DNA from: an uncultured delta proteobacterium | Lineage (GTDB): Bacteria > Desulfobacterota > BSN033 > UBA1163 | NCBI GenBank assembly: GCA_963827685.1 | Contig: CAWHBU010000002.1 | Coordinates: 288,001-352,000 of the forward strand | Direction of reading: 5' to 3' | Length of the DNA: 64,000 nucleotides | Shown here: piece by piece, positions 1 through 8,904 of the stretch | Layout of the letters: each line of letters starts with the position of its first letter | Numbering within the stretch: the stretch's first letter is position 1 | The notes under the pieces: generated by a model | What the model was told of the DNA's origin: nothing | Databases searched by the model: none | Seen by the model: the letters and a program-made list of their open reading frames with translations, nothing else | Translations under genes and position numbers: made by a program

Positions 1-1
1 G

Positions 2-406
2 CGTATCAACTTACGATACTATTTGCCACCGCTTACTGTCAAAGAGACAGAAGAGTATATCGGGAAGAGATTAAAAATTGCAGGCGCCAAGGAACCTATT
101 TTTACGGGGAAAGCAATTAAAGAAATTTATCTGAAATCGGGGGGGATACCACGATTAATCAACATTCTCTGTGACAACGCATTATTAAATGGATACGCTC
201 TGGACCAAAAGCTGGTTGATAAAGGGTCAGTAAAAGAGGTCGCTAAGGATCTAAATCTTAAGAAGGGGTCTCGTAGAATTTTGATTTTGTTTTTTATCTA
301 CATTTCTATTGGCGTAGGCATTCTATTATTCGTTTATTTGGGAAGGGGCGGGTATCTGTCGTCCCTTTATAAGGAAATTCTCCGAGGCTTCCAACATATT
401 TTTTAA
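2..406 (+). CDS. ExeA/GspA-family AAA ATPase, C-terminal part (5' end outside window); typical of PEP-CTERM/EPS loci
   Basis: Frame open from the window start (RINLRYYLPPL...). Contains SGGIPRLINILCDNALL, characteristic of ExeA-type ATPases, then a TM helix. Confidence 0.8.
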   Translation, partial: RINLRYYLPPLTVKETEEYIGKRLKIAGAKEPIFTGKAIKEIYLKSGGIPRLINILCDNALLNGYALDQKLVDKGSVKEVAKDLNLKKGSRRILILFFIYISIGVGILLFVYLGRGGYLSSLYKEILRGFQHIF

Positions 407-551
407 AGAGATATTGAATGAAGGAGTTTCAAGATTTTTCCAGTTTCTTTGAATGAGAACGCTATGCTCTACGAATTATTTCTAACGGAAGCGCTGCGGC
501 GCCGCAGTACGGTGGCACTTTCTATTCCCTATACGCTCTGCGAGGTTTTGA

Positions 552-1409
552 ATGAGTCGAGTTTATAAAGCCCTTGAAAAGGCGGAAGAAGAAAAAAGGC
601 GAAAGGTAAAAGAAGAGCCCTCTCTGAAAGTATTTGAAGAGAAGGCTGTTTTGAGGAAAGAAGCGCCGACTTTGAAATTTCCTGATGAAAAAATAGCGAA
701 GATTGAGAAGTCAGAAGAGCTGGGACTTCCTTCAAGAGAAGAAGTTCCTCTTCTGGTTGTCCCGCCCAATTCTATTGCAGAAGAAGAATTTCGAAAACTG
801 AAGACTCAAGTTTTTCTTCGTTTGCCTAACCCTCCTCATTCAATTCTTATTACCAGTACGGCACCTGGGGAAGGAAAGACAACCGTGTCTGTCAATTTAG
901 CGATGGCTATTTCAAAGGAAATTCATAGAAAGGCTATACTCATCGACGGAGACCTCCGGAAACCAAGTATCCGTCTTGAACAAAGTCGGAACAGAAAGGG
1001 TCTATCGGATTACCTTTCAAACAGGACTCCTTTGACAGAAATCCTGATGAATTCTCAAATGGAAAACCTCCGGATCATTATGGCAGGGCCTTCTACCAAT
1101 AAATCCTCAGAGCTGATCGGATCGAAAAGAATGGAAGAACTTCTGAAGTCCCTCAGTGAGTCCGGGGACAGTACTTATATCCTGATCGATTCCCCACCCA
1201 TTATTGCTACCACCGAGCCCACTGTGCTCTCGAAAATGGTAGATGGGATTATTCTGGTGGTGAGGGCAGACCGGATCCCAAGAGAGTCAATTCGAAGAGC
1301 AGTGAAGTCCATCGATCGTCAGAAGATCATTGGGGTGGTTTTTAACCAAATCGACATGAAGCCGTCCAGTTACTATGCAAAATATTATTACAAATATTAC
1401 CAAAGGTAA
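552..1409 (+). CDS. CpsD/CapB-family polysaccharide tyrosine autokinase (BY-kinase)
   Basis: Walker A PGEGKT, LIDGDLRKP, LIDSPP and a C-terminal Tyr cluster YYAKYYYKYYQR. Confidence 0.92.
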   Translation: MSRVYKALEKAEEEKRRKVKEEPSLKVFEEKAVLRKEAPTLKFPDEKIAKIEKSEELGLPSREEVPLLVVPPNSIAEEEFRKLKTQVFLRLPNPPHSILITSTAPGEGKTTVSVNLAMAISKEIHRKAILIDGDLRKPSIRLEQSRNRKGLSDYLSNRTPLTEILMNSQMENLRIIMAGPSTNKSSELIGSKRMEELLKSLSESGDSTYILIDSPPIIATTEPTVLSKMVDGIILVVRADRIPRESIRRAVKSIDRQKIIGVVFNQIDMKPSSYYAKYYYKYYQR

Positions 1410-1457
1410 ATTTCGCTATGCGCTGTGTCCCATGCGCTTTGCAGTTAGGTGTGAGTT

Positions 1458-2844
1458 ATGCTTAGCATGAACGGGTATAGGTCCTCAGCGGGTTTGTTAT
1501 TCGGATTGATCGATGGCTTCCTTATTCTGACGGGGGTATTCGCGGGAGCTCATCTGAAATTCTGGGGAGATGGTAGCTCTATTTTTCTTTTTGATCATCT
1601 CGTCCTTAAATTAATGCTTGTCGTTTTTACGATTCAAATCGCATACTACTATTTTGACCTTTATGATTTTAAAATTTTTCGCAAGGCGACAAAAGTGGGC
1701 ATCCTGCTCTTAGAATCCCTTGGAGCCTCAGCCATTTTCTTAGCAGTCATCTACTACTTCCTTCCCTTTCTTATGATAGGCAGGGGAATACTTGCGATCA
1801 GCTTATTTCTGATTTTGCTGTCTACCTTTTTATGGCGCTTCCTTTATGCATGGATGTCCAAGGCATTGCTAAATAAAGAAAGAATTTTAATTATCGGTAC
1901 AGGCGAGTTGGCAAGAAAGATTAAGAGTGAAATCCTTGATAACGGTTACGATGGTTTTGAAATTGTGGGGTTTATCGATGAGAACAGAGACAATATTGGA
2001 AACAGGGTCTAACCCAGTGATTGTAGGTGACTACACACAGATTTGCTCCATTGCCAGAGCAGGTGGCGTTGACAGAATCATTGTGGCATTGGACGAGAGA
2101 CGGGGAAAATTTCCGCTCGAACAGTTGCTCTCTTGTCGGTTGAACGGTATCCGTGTGGAAGATGGGATGGCTTTCACCGAACAACTTGCTGGAAAGCTCT
2201 CGGTGGAGAATCTCCATCCCAGTGTTCTTATTTTTTCAGATGGGTTTAAGAGATCGGCGATTTTTAAACAAATGAAAAGAGTTTTTGATATCTTGGCATC
2301 AGCAGTCGGTCTCACCTTATTTTTCCCCTTCGGCTTGATAATCGCCTTAGCCATCAGGCTCGATTCGAAGGGCCCGATTCTTTACCGGCAAGAAAGGGTA
2401 GGGAAGGATGGAAGGATATTCCGCCTTTTGAAATTCCGGTCGATGTGTATGGATGCGGAAGAAAGCGGTCCGGTGTGGGCAAGGGTGAATGACCCGCGAA
2501 TTACCCGGGTAGGTCGAATGATCAGAAAGTTGAGGTTAGACGAAATCCCGCAGATGATCAATGTCTTAAAAGGGGAAATGAGTTTTGTAGGCCCGCGGCC
2601 CGAAAGGCCCTTCTTTACGGAGCAATTAAAGATCGAAATTCCTTATTTTTCTCAAAGGCATGTCACTAAACCGGGGATCACGGGTTGGGCGCAGATTTGT
2701 TACCGATACGGATCATCAAAAGAGGATGCCTTAGAGAAGCTGAAATACGATCTCTATTATATTAAGCACATGTCCTTGTTTTTTGACCTGGTGATCATTT
2801 TTGAGACGGCCAAAATCGTACTTTTAGGGAAGGGATCAAGATGA
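1458..2844 (+). pseudogene. Priming sugar-phosphate transferase (PEP-CTERM/XrtA-associated EpsB type), split by a frameshift near 2008-2012
   Basis: ORF 1458-2012 has 4 TM helices and ILIIGTG. ORF 1927-2844 in another frame continues NPVIVG... with KFRSM, RLDEIPQ, GPRPERP and KPGITGWAQI of bacterial sugar transferases. Could be a sequencing error. Confidence 0.85.
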
Positions 2845-2909
2845 TAAACCCCGCATGCCTTATGCGCCTTTGCTATGCGGTGGGTTGGATAAAAATGGAG
2901 GTTTTCCAA

Positions 2910-3197
2910 ATGTCAATGGAAAATGAGATTAGAAAGTTTATCGGGGAAAGTTTCATATTGGAGGAGAATGATCACCTCGGCGATGAAGACTCTTTGTTAG
3001 AAAAGGGAATTATTGACTCAACGGGAGTCCTCGAACTGGTGGCCTTTCTCGAAGAGAGCTATCACTTCAAGATTAAGGACGAGGAACTGGTCCCCGAGAA
3101 TTTGGATTCAATTAAAAATATCTCTAATTTTGTCAAAGGGAAGATTAGAGATTTAACTGCAGAACCCCAGCATTGTAGTACTGCAGCAGTGAATTAA
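2910..3197 (+). CDS. Acyl carrier protein
   Basis: GIIDSTGVLELVAFLEE phosphopantetheine-site motif; GGAGG upstream of ATG 2910. The C-terminal ~12 aa are encoded by 8-nt periodic repeat DNA. Confidence 0.85.
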   Translation: MSMENEIRKFIGESFILEENDHLGDEDSLLEKGIIDSTGVLELVAFLEESYHFKIKDEELVPENLDSIKNISNFVKGKIRDLTAEPQHCSTAAVN

Positions 3198-3259
3198 GCA
3201 GCTTATAACACCTTGTTCCTGACTCCTTCCGTTTTACGGTCTTAAGGAATATAGAGAAA

Positions 3260-4237
3260 ATGAGAGCTTTTAACCAAAAAATATTAGAAATCGATTGTGA
3301 TACCGAATCAAAAAAAATCTGCGAATTCATGAAGAGGACAGTTTTGAAGGATTTCCGGAAGAAGGGTGTGGTAGTGGGGTTAAGTGGTGGAATTGATTCT
3401 GCTCTCACGGCGGCCTTGTCCGTGAAGACTTTTGGAAAGGAGAGGGTGCTTGGAGTGATTCTTCCAGAGAAGGAATCGAGTTCAGAGAGTGAAATTCTGG
3501 CGCGGCAACTGGCAAATTGGCTCGGAATAAAAACAGAAACGGTTCCTATTACTCCAATCCTTCAAAGCTTGGGCGTTTATCAGAGGAGAGAAGCAATCGT
3601 AAGAAAATATTTCCCTGAGTTTGTAGAGGGCTGGAAATACAAGCTTGCGATTTCGAAGGATACCCTTGAAAAAGAAGGGCTCAATTTCTTCTATCTTGTT
3701 GCCATAGATGAGGATGGAGCAGCTCATAAGGGGCGTCTTTCTCTGAACGATTATCTGGAAATGGTTGCGGCTACCGAAATGAAACAACGGACTCGAATAA
3801 TTTAACTCTATTTTTATGCAGAAAAGAGTAATTGCATTGTTGCAGGTACTACGAATTGATCGGAGCTTGTCCGGGGTTTCTTCGTTAAGTATGGCGATGG
3901 AGGGATGGATATGGAGCCAATTGTCCATCTTTATAAGATGCAGGTGTTTCAGCTTTCCGAATTTCTTGGTGTTTCCCAGGAAATTATTAGAAGGATACCG
4001 AGCCCCGACACCAAGACCGCCGGAGTCAGTGATGAGGAGTTCTACTTCAGGATTCCATTCGATCTCTTGGATTTATTGCTCTATGCACATGAGAAACAAG
4101 TTCCATTGGAGGACGTTTCAAATGTTTTAAATATGCCCTCCAAGAAGATTTTAAGGTTCTATAAAGATTTTGATGGTAAGAGCAAAGCAACCTGGCATTT
4201 ACGAACCATGCCACCTAACCTGATTGATCATAAATGA
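3260..4237 (+). pseudogene. NAD(+) synthetase-like (NadE paralogue) ATP-dependent amidotransferase with two in-frame stops
   Basis: GLSGGIDSA PP-loop. One frame reads MKQRTRII*LYFYAEKSNCIVAGTTN*SELVRGFFVKYGDGG, with TAA at 3803-3805 and TGA at 3857-3859, continuing into ORF 3905-4237. Confidence 0.85.
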
Positions 4238-4284
4238 GTTAAACGCTATGCGCTTTGCTCTATGGTATAGATAGGAGTTAGATA

Positions 4285-5277
4285 ATGCGTATTTGTTTAC
4301 GTTGTGTATTGCCCGAAACATTTCCAACGGTCGAATTTGATCACCAAGGCGTCTGTAATTACTGCAGGTCTTTCAAAGGGGAGGAGCACCAAAACGAACT
4401 TAAAAAAGAATATAGAGAAAGATTCCTAAACCTGGTGAAGGATTGCAAGGGCAGCGGTGATTACGATGTTCTGATGGCTTATAGCGGGGGCAAAGACAGT
4501 ACATATACATTAGACATTTTTAAAAACCATTTTAGCCTTCGTGTCCTTGCCCTTACCTTTGATCATGGTTTTGTTTCCCCTTATGCGATGAAGAATATGA
4601 GAGCAGTCGCTGAGCGATTGGAGATCGACCATATCATTTTCAAACCTGATTTTCAAGTCATGAGCAAGGTGTTCAACATCTCGATCAAAGGGAATCTCTA
4701 TTCGAAAAAGACCTTGGAAAGGGCAAGCACCATCTGCACTTCGTGTATGAGTTTTGTAAAATTCGTTACACTGAAGCTATCTCTTGAAAAAGAAATACCT
4801 TTCGTCGGTTACGGTTGGTCACCAGGGCAGGCTCCAGTCCAGTCATCCGTGATGAAGACCAGTGCTGCTTTTGTGCAGGCAACTCAGAAGGTTATCTACG
4901 AACCTCTCCATAGAACAATTGGCGATAAGATCAATCCTTATTTTTTGGAGGAAAAGCATTTTAAGCTTTCTGATAAATTTCCATATAACATTCACCCTCT
5001 TGCCTTTCTCGAATACAACGAAGAAACAATTTACAAACGAATTAAAGAGCTGGGGTGGGAGCCACCCAAGGATACGGATCCAAATTCTACAAATTGTCTG
5101 ATGAATGCCTTCGCCAATCAGATTCATCAAGGCCAATTCGGGTTTCATCCCTATGCGTTTGAAATGGCGGGTCTCGTCCGCATGGGTGTTCTATCGCGGG
5201 AAGAAGGTCTCAAGAGATTAAACGAACCCGCCGATGAAAAAATCCTTGAAGAAGTTAGGCTAAAGCTTGGCATTTAA
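4285..5277 (+). CDS. PP-loop N-acetyl-sugar amidotransferase-like protein (WbpG/PseA-like)
   Basis: N-terminal CxxC...CNYC, SGGKDS PP-loop, internal CTSC. Confidence 0.7.
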   Translation: MRICLRCVLPETFPTVEFDHQGVCNYCRSFKGEEHQNELKKEYRERFLNLVKDCKGSGDYDVLMAYSGGKDSTYTLDIFKNHFSLRVLALTFDHGFVSPYAMKNMRAVAERLEIDHIIFKPDFQVMSKVFNISIKGNLYSKKTLERASTICTSCMSFVKFVTLKLSLEKEIPFVGYGWSPGQAPVQSSVMKTSAAFVQATQKVIYEPLHRTIGDKINPYFLEEKHFKLSDKFPYNIHPLAFLEYNEETIYKRIKELGWEPPKDTDPNSTNCLMNAFANQIHQGQFGFHPYAFEMAGLVRMGVLSREEGLKRLNEPADEKILEEVRLKLGI

Positions 5278-5406
5278 AATACGGCAAGGGGGAAGGCTTA
5301 ACAGCTCTAACGACTAACGCCATTGCGACTTGCGCCTTACGACCGGCGGTCTTTACAGTAAATAACGCTTTGCGCTATGCACTCTGCACTATGCGAGGTT
5401 TTGTAA

Positions 5407-5904
5407 ATGGAAAACTGGTATGTGATTCAAACAAAACCGAAAAAAGAAGAAGAGGCGACATCTTATCTCTCTACAAAAGGAGTGGAAATCTTCAGCCCTC
5501 TTATTGAAACGTTTACATTAAGAAATGGCAGGATGAATAAAGAGTTAAAGCCGCTATTCCCAGGGTACGTATTTGGAAAGTTTGATCTCGACCAGAATTA
5601 TCCTCTGGTTAGGTGGGCGAGGGGAGTTAAAAAAATACTGGGCTTCGGAGAATATCCCACCTCAATTTCTGAAGAAGTGGTGGAGATCATTAAGGAAAGA
5701 ACAGATACTCAGGGGATTGTGAGAGTTAAGCATCATTTTGAACCCAATGACGTAGTGAGAATCAAAACAGGACCCTTGAGAGATCTCTTAGGAATCTTTG
5801 AAAGATGGGTTTCTGATAACGAGCGGGCCAGGATTCTTTTGAATTTGATCGGATATCAACCGGCTGTGGAGATTCATTATTCGATGATAGAGAAAGTAGC
5901 ATAA
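5407..5904 (+). CDS. rfaH: NusG paralogue, RfaH-like transcription antiterminator
   Basis: WYVIQTKPKKE and PLFPGYVF (NGN domain); VRIKTGPL (KOW). An ops-like site lies ~190 nt downstream. Confidence 0.85.
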   Translation: MENWYVIQTKPKKEEEATSYLSTKGVEIFSPLIETFTLRNGRMNKELKPLFPGYVFGKFDLDQNYPLVRWARGVKKILGFGEYPTSISEEVVEIIKERTDTQGIVRVKHHFEPNDVVRIKTGPLRDLLGIFERWVSDNERARILLNLIGYQPAVEIHYSMIEKVA

Positions 5905-5907
5905 AAA

Positions 5908-6005
5908 GCTTGAGTTTATTGCGTTTCTTGAGTCTATTGAGTTTATTGTGTTCTTTGAGTTGAAACCCAATTAACACAATGAACCCAAGCAACTCGATAA
6001 ACACT
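5908..6005. repeat. Inverted pair of degenerate 9-nt tandem arrays (about 6 x NNTTGRGTT, then 4-5 x AACYCAANN)
   Basis: gcttgagtt tattgcgtt tcttgagtc tattgagtt tattgtgtt ctttgagtt / aacccaatt aacacaatg aacccaagc aactcgata. Confidence 0.85.
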
Positions 6006-6090
6006 AAAGAATAACCTTAACCCACACTTATCGTGGATCTTACACTACAATATTTTGATCTTTTTCGTAGAATTGAATGAAATTCGAACC

Positions 6091-6102
6091 GGCGGTAGCT
6101 TG
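6091..6102 (+). promoter_or_regulatory. ops-like RfaH recruitment element
   Basis: GGCGGTAGCTTG matches the enterobacterial ops consensus GGCGGTAGnnTG, between the rfaH-like gene and ~40 kb of co-oriented genes. Confidence 0.75.
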
Positions 6103-6207
6103 CATTGGGTTTGTTGAGTCCATAGAGTTATTGGGTTTCTTGTGTTCCGTAGATTGAGTGATCCAACAAACTCAATAAACACAATGGACCTACCGAACCC
6201 AAGGGAC
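6103..6207. repeat. Second inverted pair of 9-nt arrays directly upstream of the four-helix-bundle gene
   Basis: cattgggtt tgttgagtc catagagtt attgggtt tcttgtgtt ... aactcaata aacacaatg gacctaccg aacccaagg. Confidence 0.8.
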
Positions 6208-6209
6208 AA

Positions 6210-6668
6210 ATGAAGATAGCTCGTTTTGAAGATATAGAGGCATGGCAAGAAGCAAGAAAACTTGTGACAATGGTTTACGATGCCATAAAGAAGAACCCCC
6301 AGTTTCGGAGGGATTTCCGCTTGGTAGGTCAGGTGCAGGACGCTGCAGTATCCTGCATGTCAAATATTGCGGAAGGTTTTGCGAGAAGGAGTAACAGGGA
6401 GTTTATCCAATTCCTTTTTATATCCAAGAGTTCGGCAGCAGAAGTTCAAAGTCAATTCTACGTAGCCTTAGATCAGGGGTACGTTATCAAAGATGATTTT
6501 GGGAGGATTTATGACCAGGCTGAGATAGTATCTAAACTGGATTCGGGTTTTATAAAGTATCTGAATTCGACGTTTGAGAATCGTCCTAAACGCAATCAAC
6601 TCAACAAACCCAATAAACCCAACGAACCCAATAAACCCAACGAACCCAATGAACCCAATAACTCATAG
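6210..6668 (+). CDS. Four-helix-bundle protein (23S rRNA IVP / bAvd-like family) with a repeat-encoded NKP/NEP tail
   Basis: RFEDIEAWQEA, QVQDAAVSCMSNIAEGFAR and EFIQFLFISKSSAAEVQSQ are family hallmarks. 6590-6666 is a 9-nt tandem array. Confidence 0.9.
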   Translation: MKIARFEDIEAWQEARKLVTMVYDAIKKNPQFRRDFRLVGQVQDAAVSCMSNIAEGFARRSNREFIQFLFISKSSAAEVQSQFYVALDQGYVIKDDFGRIYDQAEIVSKLDSGFIKYLNSTFENRPKRNQLNKPNKPNEPNKPNEPNEPNNS

Positions 6669-6694
6669 ACTTTTAAGAGATAGCGGAGGTACCC

Positions 6695-6880
6695 ATGATT
6701 ATCAAAGCTTGTTTAAAATGTAAATTTCATGAGATTAAACAGGACGGAAAAGAAGAGGCGAGTCACTGTAGGAGGGAAAACTGTTGGTCTCGGTACTCCA
6801 AGTGTGTCCTTGCAAAGGCCCTCGAAAAGTTTTTGAAAGAAGAATCCTCTCGACATGAACAATCCCTCTCCGCCTTTTAA
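6695..6880 (+). CDS. Small Cys-rich hypothetical protein
   Basis: GGAGG RBS; CLKCKFH...HC...C...C pattern in 61 aa. Confidence 0.6.
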   Translation: MIIKACLKCKFHEIKQDGKEEASHCRRENCWSRYSKCVLAKALEKFLKEESSRHEQSLSAF

Positions 6881-6974
6881 TTTGTTTTGCTTATTTATTA
6901 GCGCGCTGCGTCATGCCTGCCATCCGCAAGGCTTTTGGAAGCGGGTACTTGGCTCTATGTATCGTATCAGCAAG

Positions 6975-7132
6975 ACCGCAACACAACAGTACTTAACAAC
7001 TTATTGTCTATTATCTCAATAACTCACTCGCTTAATAACTTGATAACCCAACAAACTCCATAAACCCATTGAACTCAAATAACCTTGTTACCGCAGCACC
7101 CAATAACCCAATAACCCATTTACTTACTAACT
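6975..7132. repeat. Stack of degenerate short-period repeats (8-mer, taactt/taactc type and 9-mer AACYCAAT)
   Basis: aacccaaca aactccata aacccattg aactcaaat ... gcagcacc caataacc caataacc. Confidence 0.75.
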
Positions 7133-7133
7133 A

Positions 7134-8714
7134 ATGAAATTATCTAAGTCTAAACGTCTATGGGTTATCATATTGATCGCACTCTTGTTGTTTGCCGCAA
7201 AGGCCTATTACGACACCAACTCCATCGAGGTCAGGCATTACCAGATCGAAAATTCATCATTGGGAGAAGTTTTAAATGGTTTAAAAGTGGCCCACCTTTC
7301 GGATCTTCACGTCAAAACCATCGGTTTGAGGGAAAGCAAGATATTAGAAATCCTGAAAGAAGAAAAACCAGATCTTATTTTTATTACTGGGGACTTAATA
7401 AGTTTTCAAGGACCTTATGAACCGGTGATGTCATTTCTCTATCAATTGAAACCTCCTCTTGGTGTTTATGCTGTTTTAGGCAACACAGAATATTCCAATG
7501 AAAATGGTTCATGTACCCTCTGCCATAAAGAAAAGTCAAGAAACTTAAAAGAGAGTCATGGTGTAGTTTTTTTGAGGAATTCCTCTGGACCTTTAAAAGT
7601 CAATGGAAAGGTCATTAACATTATTGGAGTGGATGACCCTGTTTTGAAAAAGAGTGATTTGAAAATTGCACTGAAGGGGGCGAACCCTGATCATCCATCA
7701 ATTGTGTTGGCCCATTCCCCGGAGATTTTTGACGAGGCATCTGAATTTGGATTTGATCTTCTTCTCAGCGGCCATACCCACGGAGGCCAAATCTTTCTCA
7801 CTAAGTATCTCAGAAAGATATTTCCTCTCGAAGCGTCTCTCGAATTCATCGAAGGATTCTTCCAGAAGGGAAAGCTGCTGATGTATGTAAGCCGAGGCAT
7901 TGGAACGAGTTACGTTCCTTTCCGTCTCGGTGTAAAACCTGAAATCACCTTCTTCAAGTTCTCGAATAATACGAGTAAAGAAAAGATGCGAATGGCCCAA
8001 ATGGACAAAGCAAACCAGTCAAATTCATCCCGTGAAGTGCCAAGCCTATTTCACTGGGACTCAACCAACCCAAGTAACTCAACGAACCAAACAAGCTCAA
8101 TGAACTCAACGAACCGAATAAGCTCCCTTCTAATCTCCAACCATCCTTCCAATACTATCTTTTCAGGCATTAGCATTTCTTCTATATTGGAGACTTTCGA
8201 TCTTCTGAGTATCATTCGCAAATCATTTGCATCGAATCATTCGCGAGATTCAAATATTTTATTCGACTTCGAATCAGATTCTGATTTAAAGCGGCTGAAC
8301 TGGCAGTGCCATAAATGGTTCGAGCTTTCCGAAGAACATGCAACCTCCGGTAAACATAGCCTTAAGGTTATCCTACCACCAGGTCAATATCCAGGAATAA
8401 GTTTTAAAGATATAAAGAAGAATTGGTCGAGCAGCCATTATTTTAAAATGGATATCTTTAATCCTTCAGATGAGACATTAAAGTTTCATATCCGCATCGA
8501 TGACAACAAGAGCGGTTGGGAATATGCCAACCGTTTCGACATTAATTTCTATTTAAGACAAGGAACAAACTGTGTTTCAATTCCTGTAGATTCAATCAAA
8601 ACGAATATCGATCATCGGCCTCTCAATTTAAAGAAAATAAAAGGGATGATGGTTTTTGTTCCCAATAGTACGAAAAAAAGAGAGATCTATCTCGACAACA
8701 TCCGATTGGAATAA
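7134..8714 (+). CDS. Metallophosphoesterase (YkuE-like) fused to a C-terminal carbohydrate-binding-like beta-sandwich; carries an in-frame repeat insertion at ~7993-8125
   Basis: DLH, TGD, GNTE, AHSP and GHTHGG motifs, N-terminal signal/TM, and a C-terminal LFDFES...IYLDNIRLE domain. Confidence 0.8.
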   Translation: MKLSKSKRLWVIILIALLLFAAKAYYDTNSIEVRHYQIENSSLGEVLNGLKVAHLSDLHVKTIGLRESKILEILKEEKPDLIFITGDLISFQGPYEPVMSFLYQLKPPLGVYAVLGNTEYSNENGSCTLCHKEKSRNLKESHGVVFLRNSSGPLKVNGKVINIIGVDDPVLKKSDLKIALKGANPDHPSIVLAHSPEIFDEASEFGFDLLLSGHTHGGQIFLTKYLRKIFPLEASLEFIEGFFQKGKLLMYVSRGIGTSYVPFRLGVKPEITFFKFSNNTSKEKMRMAQMDKANQSNSSREVPSLFHWDSTNPSNSTNQTSSMNSTNRISSLLISNHPSNTIFSGISISSILETFDLLSIIRKSFASNHSRDSNILFDFESDSDLKRLNWQCHKWFELSEEHATSGKHSLKVILPPGQYPGISFKDIKKNWSSSHYFKMDIFNPSDETLKFHIRIDDNKSGWEYANRFDINFYLRQGTNCVSIPVDSIKTNIDHRPLNLKKIKGMMVFVPNSTKKREIYLDNIRLE

Positions 8715-8904
8715 CCCGTAAACACTGCAAGCCGCAAGGTGTTAAGGGTAGGCAGAATGAAACTTAAACGGCAACACTGCAGAATAGCAGCACCGCAGAG
8801 CATGGACACCCAGTCCTCTGTCCACTGTTTTTCAAATTCGCCTCGCACCTCACGCCTGACGCTTTGAATCTATCGCTAAGCGCTACAGATTTTAAGGTCT
8901 AATT

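Noticed and set aside
3803-3859. Stop-codon reassignment or selenocysteine readthrough
   Set aside because: Two different stops (TAA, TGA) are involved, both terminate other genes normally here, and the TGA is at an expected Arg/Lys-like position.
3816-4130. 104-aa ORF overlapping the NadE-like gene
   Set aside because: The NadE-like sequence continues in the 3260 frame through stop codons, so this is a shadow frame.
6210-6668. Complete diversity-generating retroelement (Avd + RT + TR/VR)
   Set aside because: No RT ORF in the window and no TR/VR pair with adenine-specific mismatches; the FG-GAP and 213-bp repeats differ at all base types.
6210-6668. 23S rRNA intervening sequence or ribosomal protein
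   Set aside because: No rRNA sequence flanks the gene; the family name is historical.
5908-7132. Short repeats as a CRISPR array
   Set aside because: Units are 7-9 nt, tandem and degenerate, with no constant 23-47-nt repeat, no unique spacers and no cas genes.
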